Part shown: positions 1 through 8,459 of the stretch, in pieces
Position numbering within the stretch: the first letter of the stretch is position 1
Layout of the letters: every line of letters starts with the position of its first letter
Assembly (NCBI GenBank): GCA_039933515.1
Contig: JBDTNY010000127.1
Location: 7,160 to 71,159 of the forward strand
Reading direction: 5' to 3'
DNA: 64,000 nt
Source of the DNA: Actinomycetota bacterium
GTDB lineage: Bacteria > Actinomycetota > UBA4738 > HRBIN12
Program-made: the position numbers and the translations under genes
The notes under the pieces: generated by a model
Databases searched by the model: none
What the model saw: the letters and a program-made list of their open reading frames with translations, nothing else
What the model was told of the DNA's origin: nothing

Positions 1-1448
1 TCCTCGACCTTGCGCATCCGATACCGGAGCGTGTGCCGGTGCACGAAGAGCTGGGCGGCCGCGGTCTCCCAGCGCGCGTTGTGTTCGAGGAACGCCTCGA
101 GCGAGCTCAAGAGCTCCCCGTTGTGCTCGCGGTCATAGGTGTCGAGCGGCGCGAGCATCGAATCCGCGAAGGCCCGGAGCGCATCGGGATCGGCCATCGA
201 CAGGAGGAGCCGATAGGTCCCCAGATCTTCGAAACCCGCCTGCGCCCAGCCCTCGATCCGACAGACCTGCAGCGCATAACGCGCCTCGCGCAGCGATCGA
301 GCCACGTCGCCCGGCGCGACCGCCGACCCCCGGCCCGCGCGGAGCTCGGCGCCCAGTCGCGCGCCGGCCGACCGGATCATCGGCTCGAGATCGGCCACCG
401 GCTCGGCGGGGAGCAGCAGGTGGACCCCTTGCTCGAAGGCCGAGGCGAGGAATCCCCCGCCCGCGCGCGACCGCTCGTCGGTCAGTACCTGGGCGAGCGG
501 CTCCGGGTCGCCGCCTTCGATCGCGACCACGATGACGGCCGCTTCCCGTTCGAAACCGAAGCGAACGAGCCCGCGCCTGGCGTCAGAGGCCGTGATCGAA
601 CCCCGGGCGAGCTCGTCGAAGAAGTCTCCCTGCAGACGCCGCTGCGCATCGGCGACCGCCCGGGACTTGGCGAGCTCGATGGCGAACAACGAGAGGGCAT
701 GGCCCGCAACGATCCGGTCGAGCTGGCTGGGCTGCTCGGGCTTGCCGACGGCGAGGAAGGCCTCGACCCGACCCTGAGGCCCGACCGGCTGCACCCAGAT
801 GTGATGCCCCCGATCGACGAGGGTCAACGAGAACGAGGTGCCCTCGGGACGCGAGCCTCGCAGCTCGTGCCACACGGCGTCGACCCGGAGGGTCGCGGCG
901 CGACCGGTTGATGCCAGGGGCAGGCCGTGAAGGTCGAGCAGGAGCGCCCAGCCCTTGATCACACCGGCGAGCGAGGCGGCGATGCCCTCGACCCCTTGAC
1001 CGTCCATCACGGCGCGGGTGAGGACGTGCTCGGCGTCGACGGCGCGCTGCAAGGTGTCGTACTGCTCGGCGAGGATCCGCGTGAAGATCGCTTCGGTGAT
1101 CGCGATGAAGGGCACGGGGTACGGCACCTCGAACAACGGGAGGTTCGCCGCCTCGGCGGCTGCCACCAACGCCTTCGGGGTCTTCTCGTGCGAGAAGCCG
1201 AGCCCGAACCCGAGCCCGGCCACGCCCGCGCCCGCGAGCCGCTTCACGTAGGCCCGCTGCTTGGCTGGTGTGGCGCCGATCCCCATGCCGGTGCTGAGGA
1301 TCACCTCCCCGCCCTTGAGCCATGGGGTGGGGTCCTCGAGCTCGCTCGCGTGGACCCAGCGCACGGGCCGATCCGCGGATCCATCTCCCGCCAGCAACCG
1401 CAGCGGCATACCCGGATTGCCCATCAGGTCGCGGACGGTGACGGCCAT
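1..1448 (-). CDS. PucR-family transcriptional regulator (partial; C-terminal HTH runs off the left window edge)
   Basis: Minus-strand frame absent from the ORF track. Hand translation from the ATG at 1448-1446 gives MAVTVRDLMGNPGMPLRLLAGDG, a PucR-type N-terminus. The window-edge codons read HTLRYRMRKVE, the PucR C-terminal HTH signature. It sits divergent from gabT, a common PucR-gabT arrangement. Confidence 0.65.
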   Translation of the reverse strand, partial: MAVTVRDLMGNPGMPLRLLAGDGSADRPVRWVHASELEDPTPWLKGGEVILSTGMGIGATPAKQRAYVKRLAGAGVAGLGFGLGFSHEKTPKALVAAAEAANLPLFEVPYPVPFIAITEAIFTRILAEQYDTLQRAVDAEHVLTRAVMDGQGVEGIAASLAGVIKGWALLLDLHGLPLASTGRAATLRVDAVWHELRGSRPEGTSFSLTLVDRGHHIWVQPVGPQGRVEAFLAVGKPEQPSQLDRIVAGHALSLFAIELAKSRAVADAQRRLQGDFFDELARGSITASDARRGLVRFGFEREAAVIVVAIEGGDPEPLAQVLTDERSRAGGGFLASAFEQGVHLLLPAEPVADLEPMIRSAGARLGAELRAGRGSAVAPGDVARSLREARYALQVCRIEGWAQAGFEDLGTYRLLLSMADPDALRAFADSMLAPLDTYDREHNGELLSSLEAFLEHNARWETAAAQLFVHRHTLRYRMRKVE

Positions 1449-1638
1449 GGCGACGATTGTACGGAATGTATAGCCAGGGCGGTAGGCTGGGCGAGCGACC
1501 CCACCCGCGATGGACGGACCGTACAAAACTGAACGGCGTTCATGGTCCCCCGTGGGCCTGACACCGGGAGTGGCGCGGGCGGAGACTCATCGGTGGCCGC
1601 GAGGCGGCCCTCAGTCCGCGCGAGGAGGCGACCGCCCG

Positions 1639-2979
1639 ATGGATATCCCCCAGGAACGCAAGCTCGTCACCGAGGTCCCGGGCCCGAAGTCACGCGAGTG
1701 GTTCGCTCGCCGAGACGCGGCCGTTCCCCAGGGCGTCGGCGCGATCCACCCGATCGTGACCGCCCGTGCATCGGGCTCGATCATCGAAGACGTCGACGGC
1801 AACCGGCTGATCGACTTCGCGACGGGGATCGCCGTGCTGAACGTCGGACATACGGCCCCCGAGGTCGTCGCGGCGATCCAGCGACAGGCCGAGCTCGACA
1901 CGCACACCTGTTTCCACGTCACGGCCAGCGAGCCGTACATCGAGTTGGCTGAGCGCCTGAACTCGCTCGTCCCGGGGGATCACGACAACCGCACGATGTT
2001 CGCGAACTCGGGCGCCGAGGCCGTCGAGAACGCCGTGAAGATCGCGCGCAAGGCCACCGGTCGCAGCGCGATCGTCGCGTTCGATCACGCGTTCCACGGC
2101 CGCACGCTGTTGGGGATGACGCTCACGGCCAAAGTGATGCCGTACAAGCAGGGCATGGGGCCGTTCGCCCCCGAGATCTACCGGCTGCCGTTCGCCTATC
2201 CGTACCGCTGGGTCTCCGGTCCTGAGCACTGCACCGAGGAGGCCCTCGGCTACGCGCTCGACGAGATGCACAAGCACATCGGTGAGGAGAACATCGCCGC
2301 CGTGATCTTGGAGCCGATCCAGGGTGAGGGCGGCTTCATCGTTCCCTCACCGGGATTCGTGAAGGGCATCGCCGAGTTCTGCGCCGCGAACGGGATCGTG
2401 TTCATCGCCGACGAGATCCAGTCCGCGATGGGGCGGGCCGGCCGCTGGTATGCGATCGAGGACGAGCACGTGGTGCCCGACCTGGTGACCACCGCCAAGT
2501 CGATGGGCGGCGGGATGCCGATCAGCGCGGTCACCGGACGGGCCGAGCTCATGGATGCGGTCCATCCCGGCGGCCTGGGCGGCACGTACGGCGGGAACCC
2601 CGTCGCCGCCGCGGCGGCGCTGGCCGTGCTCGACAAGATCGAGCGGGAGGATCTGCTTGCACGCGCCCGCGAGGTCGGCGAGACCGTGATGGCGCGGTTC
2701 GCAGCGATGGCGGAGCGGTTCGAGGTGATCGGCGAGGCCCGCGGGCGCGGCGCGATGTGCGCGCTCGAGCTCGTGGCGGATCGCGGGACCAAGGAGCCGC
2801 TCGCCGCCGCCACGATGAACGCGATCTCGACCGCATGCCTTGAGCGGGGCGTGATCGTGCTCACCGCCGGCACCTACGGCAACGTGCTGCGGCTCCTCCC
2901 TCCGATCAACATCGAGGCCGCCTTGCTCGACGACGGACTCGACGTGCTCGAGGCCGCGATCGCCGCCGCCACCGGATGA
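1639..2979 (+). CDS. gabT: 4-aminobutyrate aminotransferase (class III PLP-dependent aminotransferase)
   Basis: ORF 1510..2979 carries class-III aminotransferase/GabT motifs (IHPIVTARASGSIIEDVDGNRLIDF, GRTLLGMTLTAKV, IADEIQSAMGRAG). Start placed at the internal ATG at 1639 (MDIPQERKLVTEVPGPKS), which is preceded by GAGGAGG. The 1510 start is an upstream extension. Confidence 0.85.
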   Translation: MDIPQERKLVTEVPGPKSREWFARRDAAVPQGVGAIHPIVTARASGSIIEDVDGNRLIDFATGIAVLNVGHTAPEVVAAIQRQAELDTHTCFHVTASEPYIELAERLNSLVPGDHDNRTMFANSGAEAVENAVKIARKATGRSAIVAFDHAFHGRTLLGMTLTAKVMPYKQGMGPFAPEIYRLPFAYPYRWVSGPEHCTEEALGYALDEMHKHIGEENIAAVILEPIQGEGGFIVPSPGFVKGIAEFCAANGIVFIADEIQSAMGRAGRWYAIEDEHVVPDLVTTAKSMGGGMPISAVTGRAELMDAVHPGGLGGTYGGNPVAAAAALAVLDKIEREDLLARAREVGETVMARFAAMAERFEVIGEARGRGAMCALELVADRGTKEPLAAATMNAISTACLERGVIVLTAGTYGNVLRLLPPINIEAALLDDGLDVLEAAIAAATG

Positions 2980-2997
2980 CGCTGCTACCGTCGTCCG

Positions 2998-4287
2998 ATG
3001 ACCTCTGGCGGCGGTGAGAAACCCTCGCGGCTCCGAGGTCTCGTTCTCGACATCACTCCGCTCCGTCGCTCCCACGACTTCCGGCTGCTGTGGGGCGGAC
3101 AATTCGTCTCCGAGCTCGGGTACCAGTTCGCCCGGGTCGCGATCTACGTGCAGGTCTGGGAGCTCACGAAGTCGCCCGCGGCCGTCGGGCTGACGGGGCT
3201 CACGGGGCTCGTCGCACTGTTCGGCGGGACCCTGACGGGGTCGTCGTTCATCGACGCGAAGGATCGCCGATCGATCCTGCTCTGGGCTCAGGTGGCCTTG
3301 GCGGTCTCGGCCGGCATCCTGCTCGGCGGCGCGATCGCCGGGCATCCACCGCTCGTCTTGATCTACGGCGCGAACGCCCTCACCGCCTTCGTCGGCGCGA
3401 TCGAGGATCCCGCGCGGTCCGCGATGATCCCCCGGCTCGTGGGCAAAGACCTGATCCCGTCCGCCCTGGCCCTGAACCAGGTGCTGTGGCAGACCGTCCA
3501 GATCGTCGGACCCGCGATTGCTGGCGTGTTGATCGCCCACTACGGGTTCGGGCTCGCGTACGGGGTCGACCTGGTCACGTACGGCGCGCTCTTCCTCGCC
3601 GCGTTCCTGATGGCGCCGATGCCCCCCGAACACGACCCGGACTCGGCGTCGGGATGGGCGGCCGTCAAGGAAGGGTTCGCCTTCGTTCGTGCCCACCGGC
3701 TGATCTCCTCCACGTTCGCGATCGACCTGATCGCGATGGTCTTCGGGATGCCGGCGGCGCTCTTCCCGGTCCTCGCGATCTCCCAGTTCCATCGCGGCCC
3801 CGAGGTCGTGGGGCTCCTGTTCGCCGCGCCGTCGGTCGGCGCCTTGGCCGGGGCTTTGTCGGGCGGCTGGGTCCGCCATGTTCGCCGGCAGGGCGAGGCC
3901 GTGATCTGGGCCGTGGCGGCCTGGGGCGCCGCGATCGCCGCGTTCGGGCTCGTGGGATCACACCTATGGTGGGCGCTCGGGTTCCTCGCCGTCGCGGGCG
4001 CGGCCGACGTCGTGAGCGCGATCTTCCGCTCCACGATCACCCAGGTGAACACGCCCGACCGATTGCGTGGGCGGCTCTCGGCCATCTTCATCTTGGTGGT
4101 GACGGGCGGGCCGCGGCTCGGGGACTTCGAGGCGGGCGTCGTCGCCACGCTGTTCTCGCCGACCGTCTCGGTGGTGAGCGGCGGGCTCGCCTGCATCGCG
4201 GGCGCGGGACTTGTGGCGATCGTGTACCCCCAGCTCCGCGCGTACCGCCCCGGCGTCGATGCGCCTCGCACGCCCGGCGAGCCATGA
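2998..4287 (+). CDS. MFS transporter (EntS/MFS_3-like)
   Basis: 429 aa, about 12 predicted TM helices. N-terminus RSHDFRLLWGGQFVSELG is typical of the enterobactin-exporter-like MFS family. Confidence 0.75.
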   Translation: MTSGGGEKPSRLRGLVLDITPLRRSHDFRLLWGGQFVSELGYQFARVAIYVQVWELTKSPAAVGLTGLTGLVALFGGTLTGSSFIDAKDRRSILLWAQVALAVSAGILLGGAIAGHPPLVLIYGANALTAFVGAIEDPARSAMIPRLVGKDLIPSALALNQVLWQTVQIVGPAIAGVLIAHYGFGLAYGVDLVTYGALFLAAFLMAPMPPEHDPDSASGWAAVKEGFAFVRAHRLISSTFAIDLIAMVFGMPAALFPVLAISQFHRGPEVVGLLFAAPSVGALAGALSGGWVRHVRRQGEAVIWAVAAWGAAIAAFGLVGSHLWWALGFLAVAGAADVVSAIFRSTITQVNTPDRLRGRLSAIFILVVTGGPRLGDFEAGVVATLFSPTVSVVSGGLACIAGAGLVAIVYPQLRAYRPGVDAPRTPGEP

Positions 4288-4372
4288 GTAGGCTTCGCCC
4301 GATGATGCCCACGACTGCCGAGGGCGGGGCCAGCACGGCGAACTCCGAGACCCTCCCGGCCCGGTCAGCCCC

Positions 4373-6076
4373 GTGACCGAGGCTGTCCGGGGGGTGGAGC
4401 TCCGCGTGCTCGACGGGCCCAACCTCTACTTCCCACGCCCCGCGATCAAGCTCACCCTCGCGGTGCCCGGCTGGATGCGCGCGTCCGAATCACGCGTCTC
4501 GGAGGTGGCCGGGCGACTTGGGCTCGAGGGGGCGGCGACGCCCGGCGCGCCCGGGTCCCAGCACCGGCGCCGGTTCGCCGCGCGGATCGCGGCCCAGCTG
4601 ACACGACGCCAAGCGATCGCATCGGGCGCGCGCCGGCTGGCCGTCAAGGCATCCCCGGGCAGCGGGCTCGATGAGATCGTGATCGCGTTCCCCTGGCGCC
4701 GGCGCGGCGCGGCCGAGGCGCTCGCCAGGGAGACGGCCCGCGGCATGGAGGCGATCCTTCGCCGCTCCCCCGACCGATGGGTCGCCGCGTCGGGACGCCG
4801 GCTCTCCGGCGCCGATCCTGGCCCCGAGCCCGCGGTTCCCGATCCGTCAGTCCCCGTGATCCAGGTCACGGGGACGAACGGGAAGACGACTTCCGTGCGC
4901 CTGCTCGCGCACCTGGTCCGCGCGGCGGGCCGAACAGTCGCCTACTCGACGACGGACGGGGTTTACCGCGACGACGGCGTGATGGTCGAGGCCGGGGACT
5001 ACAGCGGCTTCGGTGGCGCGGGGATCGCGCTCGCCCAGCACCCGGACGTCGCGGTGCTCGAGACCGCGCGCGGGGGCTTGTTGCTGCGGGGTAGCGGGGT
5101 GCTTCACAACGACGTCGCGGTCGTGACGAACGTGAGCGCCGACCACCTGGGGCTCCACGGGGTGGACACGGTCGACCAGCTCGCCGAGGTGAAGGCGATC
5201 ATCACGAAGACGACCCGGCCCAGCGGGTGGAGCGTGCTGAACGCCGACGATCCGCGGGTGCTGGCCATGCGGCGGCGCGCGACGGGACGGCTGTGGCTCT
5301 GCTCACCCTTCCCCGACCAGCCTGCGCTCCACGAGGTCCAGCAGGAGGGAGGGCGGGCGATGACCGTCCTCGACGGGTCGCTCACGTGGTTCGAGGATCA
5401 CGTCGCCCATCCCCTGCTGCCCGTCGAGGATGTCCCGGTCACCCTCGCGGGGATCTCTCGCACCAACACCCAGAACGCGCTCGCGGCCGCGGCCGCGGCG
5501 CTCGCCGTCGGGCTCGCCGAGCGCGCGGTCGTCCGGGGCCTGCGGGGCTTCGTCCTGGACCCCGAGCGCAATCCCGGGCGCACGAACCTGTTCCGGCTCG
5601 ACGGCAGGGTCGTGGTGATCGACTACGCCCACAACGAGGCGGGGATGCAAGGGCTCACCGAGGTGATGGACGGGTTGCGCAGCCTCGGGCGCGACGTCTG
5701 GCTCGCGATCTGCACCGCGGGAGACCGCACCGACGAGATCTTGCATGCCTTCGCGCTCCGCGCCGCGCTCGGATCCGATCATCTCGCGGTGGCCGACCTC
5801 TTGCGCTACCTCCGTGGACGCCATCGGGATGACATCGTCGCGCATCTCCGGGCCGGGGCGCGAGAGGCGGGGGTCGACGATGTGCCCGCGTACGAAGACG
5901 AGCTGCACGCGCTGCGCGGCATGCTGCACGAGAGCCACCGCGGCGACGTCGTGGGCGTCACCGCGCTCGGCATGCGGGCCGAGATCTTCGCTTGGCTCGA
6001 AGAGGCCGGCGCACGGCCGCTGGGTCCAGGGGACGTTCGGCGGATCGTGCGCGGTGCCCGGGCTTCGCGGACATAG
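4373..6076 (+). CDS. Cyanophycin-synthetase-like Mur ligase family protein (CphA N-domain plus M-domain, no ATP-grasp G-domain)
   Basis: The N-terminus ELRVLDGPNLYFPRPAIKLTLAV resembles the CphA N-domain start of the canonical CphA in this window (VFRGPNYWSYEPSIRLLVDLG). It has a Mur-ligase P-loop (VIQVTGTNGKTTS) and a DYAHN motif, and its C-terminal region aligns with the CphA C-terminus. No ATP-grasp segment lies between the N-domain and the ligase domain. The start could instead be the GTG at 4394. Confidence 0.65.
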   Translation: MTEAVRGVELRVLDGPNLYFPRPAIKLTLAVPGWMRASESRVSEVAGRLGLEGAATPGAPGSQHRRRFAARIAAQLTRRQAIASGARRLAVKASPGSGLDEIVIAFPWRRRGAAEALARETARGMEAILRRSPDRWVAASGRRLSGADPGPEPAVPDPSVPVIQVTGTNGKTTSVRLLAHLVRAAGRTVAYSTTDGVYRDDGVMVEAGDYSGFGGAGIALAQHPDVAVLETARGGLLLRGSGVLHNDVAVVTNVSADHLGLHGVDTVDQLAEVKAIITKTTRPSGWSVLNADDPRVLAMRRRATGRLWLCSPFPDQPALHEVQQEGGRAMTVLDGSLTWFEDHVAHPLLPVEDVPVTLAGISRTNTQNALAAAAAALAVGLAERAVVRGLRGFVLDPERNPGRTNLFRLDGRVVVIDYAHNEAGMQGLTEVMDGLRSLGRDVWLAICTAGDRTDEILHAFALRAALGSDHLAVADLLRYLRGRHRDDIVAHLRAGAREAGVDDVPAYEDELHALRGMLHESHRGDVVGVTALGMRAEIFAWLEEAGARPLGPGDVRRIVRGARASRT

Positions 6077-6127
6077 GCTGCCTCGCACGGTTTCGGCGTC
6101 CCTGGAGGCGGGTACCGGTTCGCGCAC

Positions 6128-7633
6128 ATGCGCGCCCAACTAGACTCCGCCCCGATGGCATCGCCGCGAGGGTCCCGTTCCACCTCCGCCATGGAGGCCA
6201 AGGTCGTCGTCGCGTCCAACCGCGGGCCCGTGAGCTTCGACAAGGACCAGCGAGGCAGGCTCGTGGCTCGCCGGGGCGCCGGCGGGCTGGTCACGGCGCT
6301 GTCCGGGGTGTTCTACCGGGACGACACCTCGTGGATCTCGGCGGCGATGACCGACGGCGACCGCGCGGTGGCCCTGAAGGGCCGAACGGTCACCTCGGAT
6401 TCCCACCAACGCATGCGCTACGTGGTGATCCCCCCGGAGCGCTACGACGCCTACTACAACGAGATCGCCAACCGGATCCTGTGGTTCGTCCACCACAGTC
6501 TGTGGGACACGCCGCGCAGTCCGATGTTCGACGACGCGACGCAGGAGGCCTGGCATCACTACGTCGAGGCGAACCGCGCGTTCGCCCTCGCCCTGGCCGA
6601 CGAGGCGGCCGACGATCCCGTGTACCTGATCCAGGACTACCAGCTGTGTCTCGTGCCCGCGATGCTCCGCGAGCTCCAGCCCGACGCGAAGATCGCGCAC
6701 TTCTCGCACACCCCGTTCGCGGGGGCGACCTACCTCCGGATCCTCCCCGTCGAGATGCGCACAGCGGTGATCCGGGGGATGGCCGGCGCGGACGTCCTCG
6801 GATTCCAGTCGAAGCAGTGGGCGGAGAACTACCTTCTGTCGGCACGGAGCCTCAAGGGGATCCGAGTGCTGCGGGGGGGCCGGCTCGACGTTGACGGGCG
6901 GGTGGCGGCCGTACGGGCGTTCCCGGTGGCCGTGAGCGCCGAGCCGATCCGGGAGAGCGCCTCCCAGCCCGAGGCCGAGTCGGTGCGGGAGGAACTCCGC
7001 GCATGGGCCGGCGACCGTGCCGTGGTCCTGCGGGTGGACCGTCTCGAGCCCTCGAAGAACATCCTGCGAGGGTTCCTCGCGTTCGGGCTGTTCCTTCGCC
7101 GCTTCCCCGAGTGGCGTGAGCGCGTGCAGTTCCTGTGCCTGTTCAGCCCCTCGCGCGAGGAGGTGCCCGAATACCAGACCTACGGGGAGGAGTGTCTCGC
7201 CGAGGCCGAGCGCGTGAATCGGGAGTTCGGCACGAAGGACTGGACCCCGATCGAGGTCAAGGTCCAGGAGGACTATGCCTACGCGGTCGCCGCGTACGAC
7301 CTCTACGACGTGCTGTTCGTGAACCCCACCTACGACGGCATGAACCTGGTCGCGATGGAGGGACCGCTCGTCAACCGCCATGACGGCGTCGTGCTGCTGT
7401 CGCGGAACGCTGGTGCCTACACCAGGCTCGGCCGGCACGTGATCGGCGTGAACCCCTTCGACCTGGCCGAGACCGCCGAGGCGCTCGACGAGGCCCTGAC
7501 GCTGGCACCCGAAGACCGGGCGCGGCGGGCGCGCGGACTGGCGCGCACCGTGCAGGCACACACGCCTGCGAGCTGGCTCGCGAGCCAGCTCGAGGCGGTC
7601 GACCAGGTGCGGCCCCCCGGCCGTCCCCGCTGA
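6128..7633 (+). CDS. otsA: alpha,alpha-trehalose-phosphate synthase (GT20)
   Basis: GT20/OtsA signatures (VVVASNRGPVSF, LIQDYQLCLVPAMLRE, HFSHTPF, NPTYDGMNLVAMEG). The true start is probably the ATG at 6191 (MEAKVVV...). Confidence 0.85.
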   Translation: MRAQLDSAPMASPRGSRSTSAMEAKVVVASNRGPVSFDKDQRGRLVARRGAGGLVTALSGVFYRDDTSWISAAMTDGDRAVALKGRTVTSDSHQRMRYVVIPPERYDAYYNEIANRILWFVHHSLWDTPRSPMFDDATQEAWHHYVEANRAFALALADEAADDPVYLIQDYQLCLVPAMLRELQPDAKIAHFSHTPFAGATYLRILPVEMRTAVIRGMAGADVLGFQSKQWAENYLLSARSLKGIRVLRGGRLDVDGRVAAVRAFPVAVSAEPIRESASQPEAESVREELRAWAGDRAVVLRVDRLEPSKNILRGFLAFGLFLRRFPEWRERVQFLCLFSPSREEVPEYQTYGEECLAEAERVNREFGTKDWTPIEVKVQEDYAYAVAAYDLYDVLFVNPTYDGMNLVAMEGPLVNRHDGVVLLSRNAGAYTRLGRHVIGVNPFDLAETAEALDEALTLAPEDRARRARGLARTVQAHTPASWLASQLEAVDQVRPPGRPR

Positions 7634-7643
7634 ACCCAGATCC

Positions 7644-8381
7644 CTAGAGCCTGCGGAGCAGTCCGACCAGCCCGGCGGGCCCGTCCACCACGAGGTCGGC
7701 CGCGGCCGTGAGCGCCGGCGGCGTTTCCGGCCCGTGCACGGCGACCTTGACCGTCACGATCCCTTTGTCCGCGAGCTGGTCGAGGGTCTCGAACGCGCGG
7801 AGATCGGCGAGGTCATCGCCCGCGTAGAGCACCGCCTCGAGCTCCGCCTCAGCCACGATCGCCGCGACCGCACCTCCTTTGAGGGGGCGTCCCGCGGGAA
7901 CGAGCTCGAGCACCTTCTTGCCCGCGATCAGCTCCATGCCGGCCTCGGCCGCGATCGGGGCGAGCAGCTCGGCAAGCCGGGCCTCGGCGTCGGACGGGTC
8001 ACTCGTGGCCCGGTAGTGGGCCGCGATCGAACCGCCCTTGGGCTCGACCCGGACGCCCGCGATCGCCGATACGATCTCGCTCACCCGCTGCTCGAGCCCC
8101 TCGGGGAGCATCGCCTCGTCCTCGATCCCGTAGAGGGCGGCCAGCCGGACCCCGGGGACGCCGATCAGATCTTCGAGCTCGCGGCGGGTTCGTCCCGAGA
8201 CGACGGCGACCACCGCGTAACGCAGGGCAAGACGGGCGAGCGCATCTCGCGCGCCCTCACGGATCTGTGCGAGCTCGGGGCGGGCGACGATCGGGCTGAG
8301 ACTCCCGTCGAAGTCCACGAGGATCCCGACGCGCCCCTCGACGGCGGCGAACGCCTCGAGGGCGCGAGGCCTGGGCGACTC
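7644..8381 (-). CDS. otsB: trehalose-6-phosphate phosphatase (HAD-IIB)
   Basis: The C-terminal 246 aa of track ORF 7644..9287 is OtsB-like (ILVDFDGSLSPIV, LAGKKVLELVPAGRPLKGGAV, YAGDDLADLRAF). Start ATG at 8381 has a GGAG 7 nt upstream. The upstream 300 codons of the track ORF are antisense of the GH15 gene. Confidence 0.8.
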   Translation of the reverse strand, partial: ESPRPRALEAFAAVEGRVGILVDFDGSLSPIVARPELAQIREGARDALARLALRYAVVAVVSGRTRRELEDLIGVPGVRLAALYGIEDEAMLPEGLEQRVSEIVSAIAGVRVEPKGGSIAAHYRATSDPSDAEARLAELLAPIAAEAGMELIAGKKVLELVPAGRPLKGGAVAAIVAEAELEAVLYAGDDLADLRAFETLDQLADKGIVTVKVAVHGPETPPALTAAADLVVDGPAGLVGLLRRL

Positions 8382-8459
8382 CATCGATACTCCTGTCGTG
8401 GCGGTCGGGTGGCGATCTCCGCCAAATCCTAGTAGGCGGGGAGACCACCGATAGAGTGG

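Noticed and set aside
1510-1638. Start of gabT at 1510 as in the ORF track
   Set aside because: The conserved GabT N-terminus begins after the ATG at 1639, which has a GAGGAGG RBS. The 1510 start would also shrink the PucR-gabT promoter region to about 60 nt.
2347-3879. 510-aa minus-strand ORF
   Set aside because: Antisense to gabT and the MFS transporter. Its composition is Arg/Asp/Glu/Gly-rich with no domain resemblance.
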